Shown one piece after another: positions 1 to 9,850 of a stretch of 39,644 nt of DNA (position 1 is its first letter; the number at the start of each line of letters is the position of its first letter). The DNA is from Dimargaris cristalligena (lineage: Eukaryota), in contig ML002348.1 in assembly GCA_003614675.1 (NCBI GenBank), positions 1 through 39,644 of the forward strand. The letters are read 5' to 3'. Made by a program: the position numbers and the translations under genes. The notes under the pieces are model-generated. The model had not been told where the DNA came from. It searched no databases and was given only the letters and a program-made list of their open reading frames with translations.

Positions 1-164
1 GTCAGCCTGGCCTCAATCGTCAAGAATATTCAATGGACCTGTACGAATAGGGAGGGGTGCATGACTAATCAAATAGTTGAGGAATAAAGATAATTAGCTG
101 ATTATTTATCAACCCATATCGCCCCAATTGGTGTAACTTAATGTACTAACTCATGTAATTTAAT

Positions 165-310
165 CATATGGGAGTGGTTCAACCAGGCTGTATAACGAAA
201 AATCCATTAGATGGGGCCAACATTACTGGTTAAAATGGCTACTCCCACATACTCTCCCATACACAAATCATGTAAAACCTTATACAGCTGGCTTGAATTT
301 CACCCATATG
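165..310 (+). mobile_element. MITE-like element, copy 1 (146 bp, ~30-bp imperfect TIRs)
   Basis: Ends CATATGGGAGTGGTTCAACCAGGCTGTATAA ... TTATACAGCTGGCTTGAATTTCACCCATATG are imperfect inverted repeats. Homologous copies in opposite orientation lie at 28882-29029 and 33796-33941. No credible coding capacity. Confidence 0.85.
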
Positions 311-2015
311 GACATTTGGCTAGCACCAGCCGTTGGCATCGGGGCTTTTGTAAGCGAATCAAAAGCCGTTTTGACGGTGCAGTGCCAGCCTTGAAAACTG
401 GACTAGCCTATTAGGAATAGATATAACCAAATCGGGCCAGGAGTTGGTGTTTGCGACAATAGTTTACCACCGAAACGTTACGCAAATGTCCCGCTGGATG
501 ATTGCCGATTAGTTACGGAATGCCCATTATTCGAAATAGGTCAGTAGAATAATTGGTAGGATGGAGGGTTTATCAGTATAGAGAAGGTTATACTGCAGTA
601 CAGGGTAGGAGATGGGTATAGGTTTATGAAGGAACATCGGTAAATGTCGAGTATAGGCCTTTCGCCCTTAAGGAGCTCGAATGGTTATGTGGATATGGGC
701 TTCGGATAACAGGGAGGGTTAGCGAAGTGGCATATCGAGGAGTGAGCGGGGTTCTCAGATGGGCTACCCGAACCGGGTGGTTAAATGTGGGTTTCCTAAA
801 CGCGATGGTATATTTAATAGCGAAAATGGCAGCGTCACTCTACGCTATGGAGCATCCCGGGAAATCGATATTTCGTAATTAAGCGCTATGGTCGGAGGCC
901 CGACTGAATAACTTAGGCACTCGGTTTTATCGGTGCTGTTGCCACGTATGGCTCGGGGAGCTGGTGCGAATATACTCCTCGGGGAATATGGAGCAGATAA
1001 GAAAGGGTGGAGCATGATCCCTAATTCATTAACATTGTCCCATGATAAACCACGCGGGTTTTGCCTTGGTAAACCTGCAGGGCATGTTTGATCGACTAAT
1101 TGTCTTTCGTTCAGAAAATTATCATGTTTTTGTATGGATGATTATCGTTTAGCTGGCTTATATATCTAAATAGCCAGTGAGCTTCTACTCCGACCATCGG
1201 TTTACTCGAAGGCAATGCTTTCCTCGAATGCCTATTAATTGGGATAAAACAAGAAAGAAGGGCAGATAAAAATATGAACCGAAGTTGTTTAGGGTTATCG
1301 AACTTTACTGGTGTTATTTGGAGGAGTTCATTTCCTCTTGAGGCCAACCAGCCAGAAATGGTGAGCTGTTGTCGTTGTGTAATTATAGTTTGTATTGGCT
1401 GGTATCGTGAGAGCGCTAGTTATAACAAAGAAATGTCCTCATTTCGACTTGATGTGATACAGTGTCTATCCTCCTTCCATTGATGCACTTATTGTCATGT
1501 GCTCAAGGACAAGCGTCCAGTTCTCCACTATAAAGGAATTATCAGTAATTATTATACTTTGGAGCACTTCATTTGAACAGGTCGGCCGGCGGATAGATCC
1601 TTTAATCAACAATACACTGCGAAGCCGATGAATTTTAAAGAGACCTCTCCACTTACCCACTCTCATCTATATTCTTCGCCAATCAGAGACACGCCTCTTC
1701 AGTTATTGGGACAGAGAGGGTGGGAGAAGCATTTGTAGCTGGAAAAAAAGTCAACGCCGGTGAGTCCACACATTGCCCGTACTTTGTATGAATGAGCTTT
1801 AGTCCCATGTACACCGACGCACCGTCGATTGGCAAAGGTATACTTTGCGGTCAAAGGAAAACCACAGTCCTATTCTGGCTTTTTTTTTTCACTATTATTA
1901 AAAAGATTGCCCTTGGTTTTCCCGACCTAGTGCATCGCCTTATACCCTCTCATTCGTCTCTTCCCGACGGCTATTTTCCACATACTCTTCACCCCCTCAG
2001 TTGCCACAGCCCACC

Positions 2016-2241
2016 ATGTCCGACAACGAATACATTCTTGAGGGCGACGTGAGCCTCTTCACGGTAAGCCAGCGTCCTATAACATTCACCTTTCGCTTAC
2101 CAGTATTCAGCCAAGCGGAATCACCCATGTAGAGCCTTCCTGTTAGGGATTGAAGCGTATGTAGGAACTAGTTGGTAGCAGCCCTGCCCTACACACCCTA
2201 GCAGTTAGTTGAAATAGGCAGCCTCTTGACCAACTCCTATA

Positions 2242-2272
<31 letters not shown>

Positions 2273-3182
2273 CGGCTGGGACAATCGACCCGGTATTAAA
2301 TCATGCCTTTAGGAACCCGAAGACTACTACAAGCCTGAACCCGACCCAACCTTCGAAACCTTCGAACGCGAAGCCGAAAATGTCCAACCTGGCACACCCG
2401 CCTCTGTACAGGTCCGGTTAGTGGGTAGCCATCCCCTCTGGGGCCACATGTTGTGGAACGCCGCCAAACTGTTCTCGCACTATCTCGATGCCCACAAAGC
2501 CCTGGTGCAGGGTAAGAATGTGCTCGAACTGGGGGCCGGCGCTGCGCTGCCGTCCATCGTGGCTACGCTGAACGGGGCCCGCCGGGTTGTCATCACTGAC
2601 TACCCCGACATCGACCTGATGAACAATATCCGGTTTAACGTGGACCGGACTCTCCCGGGTTACACCACCGCCCCCGGGGGTTCGGGCCAGGCCCGTGTGG
2701 AGGGGTTCCTGTGGGGGGCTGACTCCACCCCTCTGCTCAACCTTCTGGCGGATGAACCGTCGTCGTCGTCGTCGACATCGTCATCATCCCTTGACACCAT
2801 CACTACTATTACTGCTGCTAAGGCGGGTAACCGTAAATTCGACCTCATCATTCTCTGCGACCTAATCTTCAACCACTCCCAGCACACCCAACTGCTCCGC
2901 ACCTGTCGTGAATGTCTCGATACTTCCGATCCGGCTCACCCAGGGGAAATCTACGTGTTCTTCACCCACCACCGTCCCCACCTGGCCCACCGGGACTTGG
3001 CCTTCTTCACCAAGGCCCAGGAGGAGTTTGGGTTCGAAAGTGAGGAGTTTATGACCCGCATGATGATACCCATGTTCGAGAAGGACCAAGGGCCGGCGAG
3101 TGTGCGGGCAACCGTGCACTGTTACCGCATGACTCTGCCGACTTCCGCCCCAGAGGGAACTGAGTCGGATACGAAGGCCTAA
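2016..3182 (+). CDS. EFM7: Protein N-terminal/lysine methyltransferase EFM7 (NNT1), join(2016..2063,2313..3182), 305 aa
   Basis: Exon 1 MSDNEYILEGDVSLFT ends at GTAAGC; acceptor TTTAG then EPEDYYKPEP. Family motifs LVGSHPLWGHMLWNA, SAM motif VLELGAGAALPS, ITDYPD, DLIFNHSQH, VFFTHHRP. Confidence 0.93.
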
Positions 3183-4499
3183 TTTCCGAGGGCTATGCAA
3201 AATTGCCTGATGATTTCTCGGTTCATTTCATTTTTAATTACACCTTAATTGTTTAGTTCACTTTAGTTTAGTTTGCCTAAGAGGTGTGCCGTCTGTCCCG
3301 AACTACAAAACTATGGAAATGACTAGTTTCCGATTCCCTTTTTGTGAGGCTAGGGGTGGGGAACATCCCACCTTTTTAGTTGTTGACAAATAAGCAATGG
3401 TTAAAGCGAGAATGCCCAACTATGTCAGTCTATTCATTGAATTTTAGGTTGCACTCTACGACAAATATTAATTGCTTGATTCTCGGAGATCGCCGGATGG
3501 AAATGGTTCGATATATTTATAGGAAAACCATGTTCAGGCAAGAGCGGGAGGGGAGGAGACGTGGTGAATTCCAGACATGATCATATAGGAAGAGGGGTCA
3601 GTTTAAGAGTATCAAAGGCACAAATGGGAGTCGAAATGACGCTATTTATATCTAGTTTGAGCAACATATAAGACGGGCTAAATAGAAAACAACTAATGTA
3701 ATAAATAGGGGGGAAACCTCTCTGGTTAGGGTAGAAAACCAATGTGAAACCCCGCTTGACGAATAAGGTTTATGTAACGGCATGGAATCGATGAATAGAA
3801 GTGAGCACTCTAAGAGAAGGAGGACTAGGCGGATATTTAATAGTAGTAGAGAGCGAGAGGGAAGGTGGGAGGGAGGGATACTGACTAGGATAAACACAGA
3901 CGGCGTAATTTAAGATGGCGTATATAGTTGAAAAATCAAATAAACGAAAAAAAAAAAAGATAAGAAAAATCTGGCAGCAAAGGAAAACGGAAACGTAAAG
4001 AAATGGCAGGGAAAGAGAGAGAGGGAAGAGATACATTTACACTCGCAGAATCTCCAAGGATAATCTTGGTAATACACACACCACAACGACAGTAACATCA
4101 ATAACACAAAATAATAGATGACGCGACCATAACGAATTAACAATCAACGAATGTGACGATGATTATAAATAAAATTGAAAGTGAAAAAAGCGCACAGAGC
4201 GATGCATAAGAGAGTGAAAGGGATCGTGAGGAAGGTGCGACTAAAGGGGGCGGCGAATTCGGAAAGGGCGGGGGAAGGAATAGAGAAAGTAGCAGAGAAA
4301 GGGGGCGATATAAAATAATACGAGGGTGATCTTGGCGAAGGACAGGGCAAGAAATGAATGGATGAATAAACGGATACATTAATATGAGTCCGGAATACAA
4401 AAAACTATATTGCAAATCAGAGACCGTTTACCAAAAAAAACAACTACTGTGTATGTGGGTGGATGTATATATGTATGTATAAACTGGTGTTTCGCTCTG

Positions 4500-7181
4500 T
4501 TATTTCTTGTAGGTCATTGGTTTCCGGCCCTGGCCGTTACTCCCGCCCAGTGCGCCCGAAAATCCTTTGGCCGCCCCGCCTGTTGTCGACGAGGTTGAGC
4601 CCGGCGAATCGGCTGTCGAGGCATTTGCTGAAGCTGAAGCTGAGGCCGAAGCAGCGGCGGCAGCGGGGTTCCGTTGGAAGGCGGCCGAAGAAGGAGTCGA
4701 GCCACTTCCCCCGCTATGGCCATTACTACTAACCCCGCCTAATTTTCCCCGGTGACCCGAAGAACTAAAGGTCAGTCGACCATTATTGCCCGACCCCGAG
4801 GAACCACCATGATGGTTGGAGTGGTGGCTGTTGTTGTTGTTGTTGTTGTTGTTGTTATGGCTTCCACTTCCGCCGTGGCCCATACTGCTAAACAGATGGG
4901 AGTTGCTCGACCCTAAAGCCGAGGCCGTGGGGTTAGCCTTCCACTTAAACTCGACCATCAAACTGATATGATCCGATGGATAATGGGCATTTGGTAAACC
5001 CACGATACTCTTGGCGTAGTCGCTGTCGACCGGACCCAGCAGGCCCGTCGGGGTTAGGGTGGCGTTGGAGTAGAACACGTAGTCAATGACATCGCAAAAC
5101 GTGGGGGTGCAGTTGGTAAAGGGCAGTTCGGATACGGTTGCGTAGGCGGATTTCAAAGACAGGTTGTGCTGGAACCCGTCGGTGATGAACCGACTATAGG
5201 TGCACTTGGCCAGGTCGGCGTGACTCTTGTCCAACGTGCCCCGCGTCACGAACTCCACCACCCCGGACGAAGGAGTCGAGTTGAAATCACCACAGATGAG
5301 GGTGGACAGGTATTTGCGGCTATCGGGGGCCCCGGCCGGGACACTGCCGTAGCGATTGGTGAGGTGTTGGATTTCTTCCATCAGCATAGCAACTTGGACC
5401 ATTTTAACGTCAGTGAACTCGGGGTCCCAGTGGATGTGGCTGTTAGCCACCAGTAGTTTCGTTTGTTTAGCCTTATGTTCCAAAAGGGCGAACCCCGTGA
5501 TATTGTCCTTGGTCATAAACCGGTTAAAGGCATCATCGGACTTTTCAAAGTCCTTCCGCTGGAGGGCGGCCTGCTGGAACTCGAGGACGTGCTTTTCGAC
5601 CAGGTTGAACTTGGCGCTCTTGTAAAAAATGGCGCACCCGTCGACGGATTTGCGTTCCTGATCGGACATGGTACGGGCCCGGGATTTGGGCCAGAAGGTG
5701 CCCTCGTAGTCCCCGCCCTGTTTGAGCTGCTCCTTGAAGAGTTCCTCGTACTGGGAGGCCTCGACTTCCTGGAGACAGACAATATCGGCGTTCAGGGCCT
5801 GGACTTCCTGGAGAATGAATTCCTTACGGTAGTCCCAGGCCAGGACCCAGGAGGGTACGTAGCGGTAGGTTTGGGGGGACGCGTACTTGCTACTTAGGAT
5901 GTTGTAACTCAGGACCGACACGATTTCACAGCCGCTATTGCCGGCCTCCTTGTCCAGGGTGATCCACTCCCGCGTCCGGGGCTGGGAGGGGGCGGGGGCA
6001 TTGTCCCGCAGAAAAGCGACGGCGGGACCGGTCCCTTCCTTTTGCAGGATGGTTTGCAAGGGGTCTTGGAGGGGATTTCCCTCCAGGCCTAAAATATCCA
6101 AGTTGTAGAGGGTCCCCAGCTCATAGGGCAGGGAACTGATATTATTGTCAAACAGCAGCAGTTCCTTGAGCCGGGTCAGCATACCGAGTTCCGGCGGCAC
6201 GCTGGTCAATTGATTACACGAGGCGTTCAGGATAGTAAGGTTGGTCAGATTCTTGATGGCGGCCGGAAGGTACGTGAGCTGGTTATGGTTGAGAAACACG
6301 CGGGTCAGGAAGGTGTAGTCGAACAAATCGAGGCTGACGCTGCGCAGATCCATCCCGCCCATGTCGAGGCCGGACCAGGTGGGGGGTGGCGGGGTCCGAG
6401 CGACGGCATGCGTTCCGTTGGCTTGGGTAGTGGTGGTGGTGGTGGTGGCGGCGGCTTCGCTGGAGGTGGAGCTCTGGGTCGACGCGATGGGGGTCATGGG
6501 CAAGGGTTCGGCGGGATCGGAAGCGAATTGGGACGTACGGGATGCGACTAAGGAGGTACGGGCGTGGAAGTGAGGGGTCGCGGCCTGCCGGGTTTTCTGC
6601 TGTAGGGTAATCAGCTGCTGGTGGTGCGAGGACAAGGCTACGGATGCCACGGGGGCCAAGTTGGGAAGCCCACCGCCACCAACCGCACCCCCTCCGATGG
6701 GATGCAGGGATGGCGACAGGGATTGGCTCAAGTGGTGATGGGAATGGTGCGAGTGGTGGTGACCAGCGACCATCGCATTAGCGGATTGCTGGGAGGCCAG
6801 TAGGCCGCCGGCGTTGGGGGTCCCGGGGCTCGTGAATAGGTTGGGGGTAACGGGGCCGTATGCGCCCGACGGACCGAGATTGGGAGTACCGCCGCCCATG
6901 CCTAGGTGGGCTTGCTGGCCAAGATTACCCCCCATCTGATGGACCTGGGAGGCCTGTTGTTGCTGTTGCTGTTGCTGTTGATGCTGCTGCAACTTCTGGG
7001 CCAGATTGACTTGTATAGGAGGATACCGTGGCATAACGTTGGAGTAGAGGGCGGCTGAGGGACCATAACCATGGGAAGGGGAATTGATGGGATTACCGGG
7101 AGAAGAAACGCGAGTGGGCGAGGCGGGAGCGAGGGATGCACTTAACGGGGATGGTACCCCTGTATTGTGTCCGTAATACAT
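4500..7181 (-). CDS. CCR4: CCR4-NOT deadenylase subunit Ccr4 (LRR + EEP nuclease), intronless CDS, ~893 aa
   Basis: First ATG at 7181 (the ORF track starts at an upstream TTG). LRRs (LFDNNISSLPYELGTLYNLDILGLEGNPL) and EEP motifs SYNIL, DIVCLQE, CGDFNS, IDY, PSDH. Q/H/N/G/S-rich termini. Confidence 0.96.
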   Translation of the reverse strand: MYYGHNTGVPSPLSASLAPASPTRVSSPGNPINSPSHGYGPSAALYSNVMPRYPPIQVNLAQKLQQHQQQQQQQQQASQVHQMGGNLGQQAHLGMGGGTPNLGPSGAYGPVTPNLFTSPGTPNAGGLLASQQSANAMVAGHHHSHHSHHHLSQSLSPSLHPIGGGAVGGGGLPNLAPVASVALSSHHQQLITLQQKTRQAATPHFHARTSLVASRTSQFASDPAEPLPMTPIASTQSSTSSEAAATTTTTTTQANGTHAVARTPPPPTWSGLDMGGMDLRSVSLDLFDYTFLTRVFLNHNQLTYLPAAIKNLTNLTILNASCNQLTSVPPELGMLTRLKELLLFDNNISSLPYELGTLYNLDILGLEGNPLQDPLQTILQKEGTGPAVAFLRDNAPAPSQPRTREWITLDKEAGNSGCEIVSVLSYNILSSKYASPQTYRYVPSWVLAWDYRKEFILQEVQALNADIVCLQEVEASQYEELFKEQLKQGGDYEGTFWPKSRARTMSDQERKSVDGCAIFYKSAKFNLVEKHVLEFQQAALQRKDFEKSDDAFNRFMTKDNITGFALLEHKAKQTKLLVANSHIHWDPEFTDVKMVQVAMLMEEIQHLTNRYGSVPAGAPDSRKYLSTLICGDFNSTPSSGVVEFVTRGTLDKSHADLAKCTYSRFITDGFQHNLSLKSAYATVSELPFTNCTPTFCDVIDYVFYSNATLTPTGLLGPVDSDYAKSIVGLPNAHYPSDHISLMVEFKWKANPTASALGSSNSHLFSSMGHGGSGSHNNNNNNNNNSHHSNHHGGSSGSGNNGRLTFSSSGHRGKLGGVSSNGHSGGSGSTPSSAAFQRNPAAAAASASASASANASTADSPGSTSSTTGGAAKGFSGALGGSNGQGRKPMTYKK

Positions 7182-7605
7182 GAGAGGACACGGCAAACTG
7201 GTTGGTTGGTAAGGGGAGAGAATAGGGGGGAGGCAGTAAAGAAAGGGACGAACGAACGGTTTCTCGAAGGGCGCGCGGAGGAGGGTATGGACGACGCAAA
7301 GAGAGGAGAATAGAGTATGTGTGGCCCAAAGCCAACAACTAACTAAACTTCAAGTGGGACAATGGCACAGAGTGAGAGTAAAAAAGGAGAAAGAGAAAGA
7401 GGGGATTGATTGCAGCAATCCAAAGGGAGAGAATGGGTGAATAGGCTATAGGAAAGGAGTTGGAGAGCTTGACCAACTCTCTCTAAAACCCTACCTAGGG
7501 AAACGGAGCTATACTATACGCCCTTCCCTTTGAGTTTAGTCTAGCATCGCCCAAAGCCACTGCCGACTAGCTGGATACAATAAAAGCCCTCAAAGAATGC
7601 CACCC

Positions 7606-7713
7606 TCTTCCTGGGCAAGGCGGTAATAATAAAACACTTGGTCTTCCTGGGCAAGGCGGTAATAATAAAACACTTGGTCTTCCTGGGCAAGGCGGTAATA
7701 ATAAAACACTTGG
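7606..7713. repeat. Perfect tandem repeat, 3 x 36 bp
   Basis: TCTTCCTGGGCAAGGCGGTAATAATAAAACACTTGG at 7606, 7642 and 7678, head-to-tail with no spacers. Confidence 0.95.
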
Positions 7714-7871
7714 GAAAAACTCCCCACGGGTTTGCGGAGATGGAAGCCATTGCAGTTCACACTACTAGGAGAAGGCCCGGGAAAATGGGCATCAATGAAA
7801 GGGCTCTCTCCCTCTTTTCTTTGCATTCCTCCTAATAGAGTCTGTTTTTTTGCGTATGTGCTGCTGCGACT

Positions 7872-7904
<33 letters not shown>

Positions 7905-9850
7905 CAGCAATAGTAGAGAGATGTGAAGGGAGGAAACGTTACCAATAGCTGCAGTAACATTGGTTGGTGGTAGCTATATAGCAAAACCTCTTTGCCCTCC
8001 TATGCACCTCATCCATTCGCTACTTACCGCATGGGAAGGAAGAAAGCGGCACATCTCAATGGCAGCATACTAAGCTAAGCGCCGCCCTACTGGTCCAGGT
8101 CGGACAAAGAGTATATATAGGAAAAGGAGGCCCCATTTAAACTACTACTAGTAACTAAACAATCCCTCATCTCTCAGCACTAGGCAGCCAATTAATTCCC
8201 CGCTATTATCGTATTCTCCACGAGCTCTACAGTATTATATCTAAGCTATACAAGAACAATGATCTAGTTTATAAATACATTTAGGCGTTATGACTAAGCC
8301 CCGGGACCAGATGAGAATCAGTTTCGGTAGCCTTGACTTATCCTCCGGCATCGTATCAAGAAGCTAACGCGAAGACCACGTCTCCTTATACTCCCTTAAA
8401 ATTGAAAGTTATTAATTCCAGTCATCGGAAATACAGAAGAGGCGAACTGCAAATCCACTAATAAGATAGTAGACCAGGCCATAATATACATATATATATA
8501 AATATATGATTATAATGAATTAATTGATTGATTGATTATTTGTTGTTTAAAATGATAGAAGGGGGGGTGCAACTACTTATAGTAGAATACAATGCACGCT
8601 CAGATATCTAGGCGCATTATCGATCCATCCACCACCGACGGTTTTACCTCACAGGGACCTGTTCACCCCATAAGCTATGAATGAACTGGTCTCCCCGCTA
8701 CAAACGGTAACCCAACATCGGCTATAGCAGCGGAGATGTCACGTGGGTACACAATCATCATCACGTGTATTGTACTATATAAGTAGTTGCAATCTATGGT
8801 ATGATCCAAGATTAGTATCGAATCAGTGGGGGGTCGGGGGAGGTCCGCTATTTATACTACCAGCTCCCAAAATGGAACCTAGTGGATTAGAGTTGTGGGA
8901 CCAGGATGGTTGGGGGGTACCCAAAGGGAAAAGAACCAAGAGATCATCCTCGTACACTTGGTGTATGTGTGACCCTTCTGAGAGAGTGGGGAGGTTTTTT
9001 TTTTTTTTCAATCATTGTTATAATTTGATGGATTATTTTTGCAGCTACTTGGTCGGCTGGCCATGAGTTAAAGAAACCAGAGCACACCACCCCATATAAC
9101 TACAAAAACACCTTTCAATAATAGGAATTCAAATTACTATGTTCAGCAGCAAAACTCCCAGTTAAACAGCTCCATCTGTCTGTCCAATCCTGTTAGCATG
9201 AGCACACTGCGGCCAACTCGCTGGCATTGGTATTGCCTTATCACCGGGAATTACTCTACATCTACTACAGGCGATCACAATACTTATATGATGACTAGAT
9301 ATTTATTGAATACTCAGGTGCAATAATTGTACAAAAATACATTGATGGTAGACGAATGGTGGTGTGTATCACATGGTGAAGAGATATAAAAAAATCCCCA
9401 ACAATATATAACCTCTTTTTTGGTTTGGAATATAATAATAATAATAACGCATGTGGCTTGATGGGAAGGGGGGCGGGAATAAACTAACAACAGAACTAAG
9501 CCAGGAATAGGCAACGGGACCCGCTACAGCTAGCGGCGGAATAAAACGGATGAAGGGCTGTAGTGATGATAAAACAGTCTTGGCAACAGAAGGACGAGGT
9601 TCAAACACCTGGGCAAACGCATGGAAGATAAAACCCAGTAGCTTCCATCACCCATCGAAAACTAGATCATCCGTGTATGCAGCTTAATTAGCAAATATGG
9701 CAAATCAATCCCAATTTCTCTAAATATACTGGGAAGTTAACCTACATTTAACCTCCACTTTGTTCCAAATAAGAAAATCAACCCCAAACTTAGAGCGGAC
9801 GGAGGCCGGCTACGACCAGAGTCTTCCAACTAACCCACGGACCAGTCCAC

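Noticed and set aside
211-414. 67-aa ORF as a MITE-encoded protein
   Set aside because: It starts inside the MITE and runs into unique flank, and has no transposase motifs.
7198-7494. 5'-UTR intron of CCR4 (GTAGGG...AACCAG)
   Set aside because: No clear branch site; the pyrimidine-rich stretch is equally explained as core promoter or UTR.
7606-7713. CRISPR array (36-bp repeats)
   Set aside because: Units are contiguous with no spacers, there are no cas genes, and the context is eukaryotic.
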